In this document: positions 54,709-62,874 of the stretch, in pieces
Position numbering within the stretch: the first letter of the stretch is position 1
Layout: every line of letters begins with the position of its first letter
From: Candidatus Spechtbacterales bacterium
GTDB lineage: Bacteria; Patescibacteriota; Minisyncoccia; Spechtbacterales; 2-12-FULL-38-22
Direction: 5' to 3'
DNA length: 64,000 nucleotides
Assembly: GCA_040879145.1 (NCBI GenBank)
Contig: JBBDKX010000035.1
Location: 1,122-65,121 of the forward strand
Position numbers and translations under genes: made by a program
The notes under the pieces: generated by a model
Told to the model about the DNA's origin: nothing
Seen by the model: the letters and a program-made list of their open reading frames with translations, nothing else
Databases searched by the model: none

Positions 54709-57699
54709 ATGAGTGATACAAAAAATACTAACTCTCTAACCAAAAAACAAAAGGAGGCGGTAGAGTCCAACTCGCCGGCAACAATAGTTATAGCCGGTCC
54801 GGGTACAGGAAAAACTCACATACTTGCCTCGCGCATAGAGTATTTAGTTGAAAAACAGAATATTTCTCCTGAAAATATTCTCGCGCTTACGTTTTCAAAA
54901 AGCGGCGCGTCTTCTATGAAAGAGCGGGTAGTTAAATTTCTGGGGGAAGAGGGTTACAAAATAACAATAAACACATTTCATGGTTTTGCATCTTCCCTGT
55001 TTGAAGAAGATCCCGAAGTATTTGAATTCGGACGAAACTTAAAAGAAGCAACAGATATAGACCGCGGAAAGATAATAGAAAATATAATTGACGAGCTTAC
55101 CGAAGAAAATAAATTAAAAGCCCTGCACTCCCCTTACGACAGATATTTTTACTTTAAAGATATTTCAAACGCGATAAAGCAAATAAAAAAAGAAGGCATC
55201 AGTGTTGAAGAATTTAAAAAATCAGTTGAGGACTGGCAAAACAGACTGGACACAATGCCCGACGAAGAAAAACTCTCAAGCCGTGGGCCAACAAAGGGAG
55301 AAGTTAAAAAAGTATTTAAAGACGAACAAAAGCAGATAGACAAAAACCGCGAGCTTGCACTTGTATATGAAAAATACGAAGAGGTATTAAAAAAAGACCA
55401 CAAGTTTGATTATGAAGATATGATAATACGCGCCATAAACGGCCTTGAGAAATCAGAAGATTTACGCCACGACCTTCAATCAAAATACAAAGCAATTTTA
55501 GTAGATGAATATCAGGACACCTCAGGGGGTCAAAACAAACTCTTCTTTCTGCTAATTTCCCAAGACCCTAACATATTTGTTGTCGGAGACGATGACCAGG
55601 CAATATATCGCTTTCAGGGAGCAACAATAGAGAACTTCCGCCAGCTTATACAAAAATTTCCGGATGCAAACATAATAAGTTTAGAAGATAACTTCCGCTC
55701 GCCACAACTTCTTTTAAACGCGGCGCTAAACATGGTGCAGGTAAACGAAAAACGTATTACCCCTGAAATGGGCCTACCTGATAAGAGTCTTTTAGCGCAT
55801 GGCGAATATAAAGATTCTCAGGATATATCTATAAGTGAATTTGAAAACGATATGGCGGAACACTCATTCCTTATAGAAAAGATACAGGAATTAAAAAAGG
55901 AAGGCGCGGAGTGGCACGACATTTCCGTTATTACCCGTACAAACAAAGAGCAGTCTGAAATATCCGAAATATTACGCCATCACGGCATGCCTGTATTTAT
56001 CTCAAGCGACAAAGACGCTCTCGATGAGCCCCGTGTCTCTTCTCTTTTTGCCATGGCGGCAGCGTGTATGAATCCGTTTGATAACGACAACCTGCTTGAA
56101 ATGCTTCTTCATCCCGCAACCCCTATGGTGCGTGAAGATGTATGGAAAATACTGGAAGCATATGACAAAAAAACAGATAAATCTCTCTATTCCGTGTTTG
56201 GGCGGCTGTTAGACGACAGTAAATTCTCCAATACCGATGCCGCGCAAAAAACTTACGACATTATCCACGAGCTTTCGGGTTCACACACAACAAAAAGCGG
56301 AGCGCACTGGTTTAAAGAGGTGTTGGATAAAACAGGTTTTCTTGAGTGGGTACTCACACAGGAAGAATATCCCTACATTCTTGCCAACATACGCGCGCTT
56401 ACAGACGAAGCAAAAAGAATACAGGCGGGAAACCCGGGCTTTAGAATGCGCGATATAATGGAGCATTTCCGCTCGCACCGAAGGCTGGGCATACCCCTCA
56501 AACCCACACTCGCGGATTTTGCGTTCAACAACGCGGTTCAGGTTATGACAGCGCATAAGGTAAAAGGGCTTGAGTACAAAAACGTATTTATAGTTCACGC
56601 TGTTGAGGCAAGTTGGTCAAAAAAACAAACGTCCAAAGGACTAAAGCTTCCTGAAGGTGTTCCAGTGCCCGAACAAGACGCCGAAGACGACAGAAGGCTT
56701 TTCTATGTTGCTTTAACCCGCGCCAAAAATAAAGTTTTTATAACCTACGCCAAAACATACACGCGCGGAATTGACGGCATGGCAGAAGACGCGCGCCAAA
56801 CCCAGCCATCTCTGTTTATAGAAGAACTAAAAAAACACATAAGTTACAAGGCAATAGAAAAAGAAGTAGAAGACTACCTTGTAAAAAGCCTGCGCGAACC
56901 TGGGAGCTTCGGCAATCTTGAACGCGAAATAGTAAAAAATATCGTAACTGCCCCCACCTACGCGCTAAACCCCACAAGCTTCAACTCATTCTTGCGATGC
57001 CCAAAAGGATTTTTATATGAAAAAATACTTCAGGTACCCACAGTTCAGAGTTTTTCTTTAACCTATGGAAATGCTGTGCACTGGGCGCTGCAACGACACT
57101 TTCAGACTCCTCAAAACAAAAGAAGCTTTGAAAATATACAAAAACTTATAAACCGGTACATAGACGAAAACTCCACATTAAGTGAGGCTGAAAATAAAAA
57201 AATGTCAGAACGAGCGAAAGAAAACCTTGCCGATTACTGGGAGTATAATTTAAAAAATGAAGCTCAGCCGGTTGCGGTTGAATACAGGTTCAGGCGCGGT
57301 TCTATGGCATGGGAAGACGTGCGAATTGCGGGCAACATAGATAAAGTATCCCTTATTACAGGGAATGATGTCCGGCTTGTGGATTATAAAACCTCTGAAA
57401 AACATAAAACCCAAAACGCGATACTCGGTAAAACACAGGACAAAAAAGCTCCCGATATGCACAGGCAGCTTATGTTTTATAAACTTCTCGCCGAAACAAG
57501 CGATATCTTCACTTACTCACCTAAAGAGTTCATGTTGGATTTTGTGGAACCTAACGTGCAGATAGTAGTGCCTGTAGAGCAAGACGCCTACCTGGAATTT
57601 AAAGAAACGCTCAAAAACGCATGGGGTTCAATACAGACACTTGAATTTCTGAATGAAGAGGGTTGTAACGAGTGCAAATATTGCAAGTTAGCTTCTTAG
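54709..57699 (+). CDS. UvrD/PcrA-like helicase fused to a PD-(D/E)XK nuclease with C-terminal Cys cluster
   Basis: AGPGTGKT, VDEYQD, VGDDDQAIYRFQGA, NFRS, MTAHKVKGLE, YVALTRAK, GNIDK...VDYKT, CNECKY. Confidence 0.92.
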   Translation: MSDTKNTNSLTKKQKEAVESNSPATIVIAGPGTGKTHILASRIEYLVEKQNISPENILALTFSKSGASSMKERVVKFLGEEGYKITINTFHGFASSLFEEDPEVFEFGRNLKEATDIDRGKIIENIIDELTEENKLKALHSPYDRYFYFKDISNAIKQIKKEGISVEEFKKSVEDWQNRLDTMPDEEKLSSRGPTKGEVKKVFKDEQKQIDKNRELALVYEKYEEVLKKDHKFDYEDMIIRAINGLEKSEDLRHDLQSKYKAILVDEYQDTSGGQNKLFFLLISQDPNIFVVGDDDQAIYRFQGATIENFRQLIQKFPDANIISLEDNFRSPQLLLNAALNMVQVNEKRITPEMGLPDKSLLAHGEYKDSQDISISEFENDMAEHSFLIEKIQELKKEGAEWHDISVITRTNKEQSEISEILRHHGMPVFISSDKDALDEPRVSSLFAMAAACMNPFDNDNLLEMLLHPATPMVREDVWKILEAYDKKTDKSLYSVFGRLLDDSKFSNTDAAQKTYDIIHELSGSHTTKSGAHWFKEVLDKTGFLEWVLTQEEYPYILANIRALTDEAKRIQAGNPGFRMRDIMEHFRSHRRLGIPLKPTLADFAFNNAVQVMTAHKVKGLEYKNVFIVHAVEASWSKKQTSKGLKLPEGVPVPEQDAEDDRRLFYVALTRAKNKVFITYAKTYTRGIDGMAEDARQTQPSLFIEELKKHISYKAIEKEVEDYLVKSLREPGSFGNLEREIVKNIVTAPTYALNPTSFNSFLRCPKGFLYEKILQVPTVQSFSLTYGNAVHWALQRHFQTPQNKRSFENIQKLINRYIDENSTLSEAENKKMSERAKENLADYWEYNLKNEAQPVAVEYRFRRGSMAWEDVRIAGNIDKVSLITGNDVRLVDYKTSEKHKTQNAILGKTQDKKAPDMHRQLMFYKLLAETSDIFTYSPKEFMLDFVEPNVQIVVPVEQDAYLEFKETLKNAWGSIQTLEFLNEEGCNECKYCKLAS

Positions 57700-57728
57700 G
57701 AATTAGGCTTTAGCTTTTTAGGCAAAAA

Positions 57729-57794
57729 TAAAAACGGGTCACTGCACCTGCCTGCGCCGAGTGAAGCGCGGCAGGCAGGGTGACCCGCTTTTTT
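57729..57794. terminator. Terminator of the 4997-5038 family interrupted by a CCTGCCTG hairpin (57747-57779)
   Basis: acgggtcactgca[33 nt]gtgacccgc. Confidence 0.75.
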
Positions 57795-57833
57795 ATGTAC
57801 TAAAACCAATAAGTCCTATAAGTCCTATTGGTC

Positions 57834-58499
57834 CTATTGGTCCTCTTTGTGTGAATTTATCAGCTCAGCAGTACCTGCCTGCCAAAGAAAAAAAGCTATA
57901 ATAGAAAACCAGATAAGGCTAAACATATTTACTCCGGCAAAAACCAGATAACCCAATCCAAACACAATAAACGCGTGGCTTACAGACACCGCGGCAACAA
58001 GCCCCTTGTGCCTATCTTTTGTAACCGCCCAGGCTATAGAATGAAACACTCTTCCTCCGTCCAAAGGAAACAAAGGTAAGATGTTAAATACTCCTACAAT
58101 AAAGTTAAAATAAAGAAGGAGTTGTAAAACAGGGATTGCAATCCCGGGAATATCAAAAAAATGGTCTGAAAGCAAAATAAGTCCGACCAAAGCAAAACTT
58201 GCAAGCGGGCCGGAAAATCCGATTAAAAATGCCTGAAAAGGCTTTTTACCCATGTGTTCAAGGTGTGCCCCCATGCCAAGAAACATAACGCGTATCTGCC
58301 TGCATGGAATTTTAAACATCCTACCTGTAAATACGTGCATAAACTCATGCGTCAAAAGGCTCAAAAAAGCAAGGAGGGCGAAAACACCGACACCTACCAT
58401 GCTTGTAATTACACCCATCCCCCACCAAGCGAAAATACCCATAAGAAACAACGCGTCAAATCCGGCAACTATATCAGTGCCAAAAAGTCTAAAGCGCAT
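57834..58499 (-). CDS. Site-2 protease (M50, SpoIVFB-like)
   Basis: HEFMH, SGP, FNILPLFPLDGGR. Confidence 0.92.
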   Translation of the reverse strand: MRFRLFGTDIVAGFDALFLMGIFAWWGMGVITSMVGVGVFALLAFLSLLTHEFMHVFTGRMFKIPCRQIRVMFLGMGAHLEHMGKKPFQAFLIGFSGPLASFALVGLILLSDHFFDIPGIAIPVLQLLLYFNFIVGVFNILPLFPLDGGRVFHSIAWAVTKDRHKGLVAAVSVSHAFIVFGLGYLVFAGVNMFSLIWFSIIAFFLWQAGTAELINSHKEDQ

Positions 58500-58596
58500 T
58501 TAGTACCTGCCTTTCTGTTTTTAAAAATCTACTGCATAGCGTACCACAAAAAAATTGCAATTCAAACTAAAAATACTCTGCCATGGCAGAGTATTT

Positions 58597-59232
58597 TTAG
58601 TAAAGTCCTTCCAGTGGGTCATTATCCTTTGGCTTTCCGCGGGCAGGAGAGGCATTTCTGCCGTATTCCTGAAAATAGTAGGCAATCATCCCCCAGTTAA
58701 GTTGGTGGTAAAGCTTCATTAAATCCTGCTCTATTTTGTTGGGCGCTATATGGTTTGTAAGTTTGAGTTTTCTGGCTACGCGCTTAACATGCGTATCTAC
58801 AGGTATTCCCTCCGCTTTGCCATATAATCGGTACTGTACGATATTTCCTGTTTTGCGCGCGACACCCGGCAATTTTACCAGTTCATTTATATCATTGGGT
58901 ATCCTGCCCTTGTAATCATCGCGTATAATTCTCGCGGAATTAACCACATTCTTGCCTTTTGTTTTATAAAAATTAATTGATTTTATCTCACTCTGAAAAG
59001 TTCTTATATTGGCATCAGCAAAATCATCTACATCCTTATATTTTTTAAACAATTTATCAGTTACGTTGTTTACATGATTATCCGTTGCTTGCGCGGACAT
59101 AATAACAGCGGCTAAAAGCTGCATGGGTGTTGCAAAGTTCAACTGAATACCGGCATTTGGATATGCTTTCATAAGATGCTTTAGAATTCTCAAAGCGCGT
59201 TTTTGTTTTTCTTGAAAAATTTCTTTAGGCAT
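58597..59232 (-). CDS. nth: Endonuclease III (HhH-GPD) lacking the Fe-S cysteines
   Basis: MSAQATD, LPGVARKT, PVDTHVKR; no Cys in the protein. Confidence 0.9.
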   Translation of the reverse strand: MPKEIFQEKQKRALRILKHLMKAYPNAGIQLNFATPMQLLAAVIMSAQATDNHVNNVTDKLFKKYKDVDDFADANIRTFQSEIKSINFYKTKGKNVVNSARIIRDDYKGRIPNDINELVKLPGVARKTGNIVQYRLYGKAEGIPVDTHVKRVARKLKLTNHIAPNKIEQDLMKLYHQLNWGMIAYYFQEYGRNASPARGKPKDNDPLEGLY

Positions 59233-59239
59233 AGATTTT

Positions 59240-59385
59240 GTTCGCTAACGCTCACGAAAAGTATAAAGTATTCAGTATACAGGGGGTGCTTTGTAATTAG
59301 ATTTGCTGAATACTCTATACTATATACTGCATACTTGAACGAGCGTGAAACATAAGTTCTAAGCTTGCATGGCGAAGCGTCCGCT
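59240..59385. mobile_element. Junction element, AGTATAC family copy 4
   Basis: ttcgctaacgctcacgaaaagtata...gtgctttgtaattag...tacttgaacgagcg. Confidence 0.8.
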
Positions 59386-59402
59386 AATTTAACAAAATAA
59401 AA

Positions 59403-60110
59403 CTACATGTTAAGATATTCATCCCACTTGCGATAAAGCTCGCGAGTAGCTATTACATCGTAATAATTATATTGCGCAATCTCCTTGTATCTTTTATCAT
59501 GAAAGGCTTTAGGAACATCCTTTCCCTCTATTTCGCCTTCCCTTTTTGGGCTTTCAATCCCGAACGCCTGTGCGGCAAAATGGAGCTTAGGTTTTCTGAA
59601 CATAGCGCCATAAAAAGTAAGCTGGTCCTGTAAATCTATATGTTTCGCTCCCCTCTGGAGTGGCAAATACCTGTTGCTCAGTAAATTTTGCGTGGGCTTA
59701 ATACCGTGCACAGCAGAGCGTATCATAAGATAAGGAATATCAAATCCCCTGCCGTTAAAAGTAATAAAGCAATCATAATGACTGGCAACATCCCAAAAGC
59801 GTTCTAAAATCTCCGCCTCCGTCCCCACGCGGTATTTTACGCCCTCGTCCTCCCAGTCCTCCATGTCCTCATCCGGTGCCTGAAAATAAACCGCGCCGTT
59901 ATCATCTCCGTCTAAAATAGCAACAGATACTATCTCGCCCAAAAAAGGAGAAAATGGAAAGCCCTCTTTTACACTCTCAAGAGATTTTTCAAGATCCTCC
60001 TCTGTACGCGATTCCCTCTCAGCCCACTCATTAAAAATTTCCTTTGATTTTTCATCAAATTCATCATAGGGTTTACCCACTGTTTCTATATCAAGCACTA
60101 AGTAGTTCAT
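59403..60110 (-). CDS. DnaQ/PolB-like 3'-5' exonuclease
   Basis: LDIET, TFNGRGFDIPYL, HIDL, YNYYDV. Confidence 0.88.
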   Translation of the reverse strand: MNYLVLDIETVGKPYDEFDEKSKEIFNEWAERESRTEEDLEKSLESVKEGFPFSPFLGEIVSVAILDGDDNGAVYFQAPDEDMEDWEDEGVKYRVGTEAEILERFWDVASHYDCFITFNGRGFDIPYLMIRSAVHGIKPTQNLLSNRYLPLQRGAKHIDLQDQLTFYGAMFRKPKLHFAAQAFGIESPKREGEIEGKDVPKAFHDKRYKEIAQYNYYDVIATRELYRKWDEYLNM

Positions 60111-60117
60111 GGTTTTA

Positions 60118-60352
60118 TTCGGTTTCGCCTCCTAAAACAGGTTTTAGGTATCAGCTATTAGGTACTGCACCAGTGTAATACCTATTACCTGCGATGCTAT
60201 GCAAGCCTATTTATATGTTATCACTAAAACAGGTACATTCCAAATCAATTGCCGGTACTAACCCAAAAAAGGCTCAAATGAGCCTTTTTAAATGTTTCAA
60301 CCTACCTACGCCAATGCTTCGGCAGGCAGGCGCCGTGCCTCATGTTGAAACG
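60118..60352. repeat. Junction region with an inverted 7-mer array and a CCTACCTA...CAGGCAGG hairpin
   Basis: aggttttaggtatcagctattaggta / tacctattacct; hairpin 60301-60330. Confidence 0.65.
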
Positions 60353-60353
60353 T

Positions 60354-60815
60354 TTATTTTTCTTCTTTACCCTTTCTTTTGTGGAAAAAGTCTTCCAACA
60401 ACCACGAACTTGACTGCACTTTATCGCCAAGATTGTATACCATTTTACATCCTATCTCTTCACACACGTCGGATTCAGGAGTGTTGTGCTCTTTGCGGTC
60501 TCCGCCATTTCCAAAAATAGCCGGCTTCACTTTGCGCAAAGCGTCGGCAACACTCATATCTTTCGGGTTTTTAGGATGCTCTGTAATAAAAACCCTGTCT
60601 ACCACCTCAAGGGCTTCTATTATATAGGCACGCTCCTCTTCAGGCATAAAGCCATATCCCTTTTTTTCTTCAAGCCAATTATCATTATTCAATATTACAA
60701 CAAGCTCATCTCCAAGCTTTTTTGCCTCCTTAAACAGCTGAACATGTCCCTTGTGTAGCGGGTCAAACCCCCCACTTACGGCAACTATGGTCTTTTTATC
60801 TTTTTTATTCACCAT
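60354..60815 (-). CDS. Cytidylyltransferase-family nucleotidyltransferase
   Basis: SGGFDPLHKGH, NGGDR, KVQSSS. Confidence 0.9.
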   Translation of the reverse strand: MVNKKDKKTIVAVSGGFDPLHKGHVQLFKEAKKLGDELVVILNNDNWLEEKKGYGFMPEEERAYIIEALEVVDRVFITEHPKNPKDMSVADALRKVKPAIFGNGGDRKEHNTPESDVCEEIGCKMVYNLGDKVQSSSWLLEDFFHKRKGKEEK

Positions 60816-61455
60816 CTTTATGTGTATATAACTTATCAACTTGCGCGAGAAGTTCTTCCCGTTCCTCTTCTGTTAAATTCATCTTTTCAATATATTCTTT
60901 ACCACCCTCTTTATAATTCAGTAAAAACTCGTGCACATATTCCCTTATATCGCCCTGCCCGCCAAATGCTTCTTCTATATCAATATTTAGCTCTTCTGTT
61001 ACTTTTCTAATTTGTTTCAACGCGTAAGCCCAGGCATCACGCTCGTCTTTGCTTTGAAGTTTTTCAAACAACTCCGCATCAGATGTGTCTCTCGAAAGTA
61101 ACAAACGCTCTTTTCCTACTATATGCGCTAAGTGTTCTTTTTGAGTATTAAACGCCAGAACGTGTCCTATTTCATGCAAAACACTCAGTGCGTATTTCCA
61201 ACCCTCGCTTCTTGCCTCTTCCGTATCTATCCACACCTCCTTTCCGGAAGCCCATGCAAATGTTCCGAAATCATTGTTTTCAACAATCTTCCAACCTTCA
61301 GGTAAAAGTTCGTTTAAAACAAATTTTTTACCCTCCGCATTTTCCAGTTCAACAATAACTTCGCCTTCTTCATTTTCTTTCATTCTAAAAACACCGGCTT
61401 CGTTTTTAAGCTCTATATCTTTTAACTTTTCGGATGGAGATTCAAAAGTTTTCAT
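60805..61455 (-). CDS. Hypothetical HExxH protein
   Basis: LHEIGH...ERDAWAYA; begins MKTFESP. Confidence 0.7.
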   Translation of the reverse strand: MKTFESPSEKLKDIELKNEAGVFRMKENEEGEVIVELENAEGKKFVLNELLPEGWKIVENNDFGTFAWASGKEVWIDTEEARSEGWKYALSVLHEIGHVLAFNTQKEHLAHIVGKERLLLSRDTSDAELFEKLQSKDERDAWAYALKQIRKVTEELNIDIEEAFGGQGDIREYVHEFLLNYKEGGKEYIEKMNLTEEEREELLAQVDKLYTHKDGE

Positions 61456-61497
61456 AGAAATATACAGATATATATAAAGAGGGGGTTCCGATCTGTT

Positions 61498-62037
61498 TTA
61501 TTTAGTTTGCAAAAATTCTTTTAACTTCGTTAGCGCCAAATACCTGTGGCTCATTTTATTTTTTTCCTCATACGGCATCTCGGCATATGTTTTATTATAA
61601 CCTTTTGGCTGAAAAATAGGATCCCACCCAAACCTTTCTCCTGCGGGTTTTACAATGTTGCCCTCTACGTCTCCTTCAAAAAAATGGATATTATCTTCGC
61701 CGTTCGCGTATCCTACTATCAATTTAGCTGTCGCTTTTGTGTTATCCAGTTTATTTACAAAGTCATATATACCCTCAGCACCCAGAGACTGTAAAAACCA
61801 TTTTATAAAAGGTCCGGGAAGCTCCCCTCCCAAAGCGTCAAACACCAAGGACACATCATCCACTATAAATTCCCCTTCGTGGTGGCGCATTGCCTCGTTA
61901 AGTTTTGCCTTTATAACATTGTGCGCGTCTATGTCCTGAAGTTCTGGCAGGTCTATATCCAGCTGTTGCATATCAACGTCCAAAATCGCCTTCGCCTCTT
62001 CAAACTTATTCTTATTGCTTGTTATAAAATAAAGCAT
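61498..62037 (-). CDS. Non-canonical purine NTP pyrophosphatase (HAM1/ITPase family)
   Basis: TSNKNKFEE, LPGPFIKWF, FGWDPIF, KNKMSHR. Confidence 0.95.
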   Translation of the reverse strand: MLYFITSNKNKFEEAKAILDVDMQQLDIDLPELQDIDAHNVIKAKLNEAMRHHEGEFIVDDVSLVFDALGGELPGPFIKWFLQSLGAEGIYDFVNKLDNTKATAKLIVGYANGEDNIHFFEGDVEGNIVKPAGERFGWDPIFQPKGYNKTYAEMPYEEKNKMSHRYLALTKLKEFLQTK

Positions 62038-62127
62038 AGTTTTATTTACACAACATTATATCAAACTTTAATACAGAGTTTATTTTATATTTCTTATTTT
62101 AACCCTTTATAAAATGATTTTCACTCA

Positions 62128-62156
62128 TTGACATATTTTACTTTCGATTATATAAT
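62128..62156 (+). promoter_or_regulatory. Perfect-consensus sigma70 promoter
   Basis: TTGACA, 17 nt, TATAAT. Confidence 0.85.
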
Positions 62157-62193
62157 AATACTACCTATCGTTCTTTAGACAAGGAGTGTCATA

Positions 62194-62580
62194 ATGTCCA
62201 CATTCGGAACATGCGCGCTATGCAAAAAAGGTGGCAAGGGAGGAGTCTTAACAAGTGGCGATATCTACAATGATGGAAGTCATGTGGGTATCTCCCCTCC
62301 TCCACTTGCATTTTATTGCTCAGATTGTACAAAAAAGCATCCCGAAAAAATCCCTAATTTTGAGGATGAGATAGACCGGGCTTTTGCTAAAAAGGGTCTG
62401 TGCGGTTTCCTTGAGGCCTATGTGGGTCACTGCAGAAATAGTAAACCATGTGACCTGCACAACGAACAAAAATGCTGGAAATGCAGCAAACCCGCAACGC
62501 GCAATTGCACCAGCAGCGCATTGAGCTTTGTGTGTGGAACACCTGAATGCGCGGAACACTCACACTCAGAAACACATTAA
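62194..62580 (+). CDS. Cys/His-rich multi-zinc-finger hypothetical protein
   Basis: CxxC x3, CxxH x2 and further Cys; SD AAGGAG; terminator 62621-62648. Confidence 0.75.
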   Translation: MSTFGTCALCKKGGKGGVLTSGDIYNDGSHVGISPPPLAFYCSDCTKKHPEKIPNFEDEIDRAFAKKGLCGFLEAYVGHCRNSKPCDLHNEQKCWKCSKPATRNCTSSALSFVCGTPECAEHSHSETH

Positions 62581-62656
62581 TGTGCACCTGTTTTTACCAA
62601 AAATAACAAATTGTACCTCAAAAACCACGGGTTTAGCCTGTGGTTTTTTAATTATT

Positions 62657-62869
62657 TCAATCTATAAATTCAAACCTTTTTATTTTTTTGCCATCCAGCT
62701 CAACCTCTTCTGTAAACATTTCAAGCGGGCGCGCCCACAAACCGCCCTCGTCATAAAGCGCGCGGTAAACCACTAATTCCTCAAGCGTCTCAGAATGCCG
62801 CGCTGTGCCAACAACTTCGTACTCCCCGCCTTTGTAATGCCTGTATTTTCCTAATTTTATTTTTTCCAT
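62657..62869 (-). CDS. DUF1653 family protein
   Basis: GKYRHYKGGEYEV...ARHSETLEELVVYRALY...WARPLEMF. Confidence 0.93.
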   Translation of the reverse strand: MEKIKLGKYRHYKGGEYEVVGTARHSETLEELVVYRALYDEGGLWARPLEMFTEEVELDGKKIKRFEFID

Positions 62870-62874
62870 AAACA

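Noticed and set aside
20150-60190. CRISPR array interpretation of the periodic repeats
   Set aside because: Units are 7-9 nt, degenerate and inverted, with no unique spacers; no cas genes in the window.
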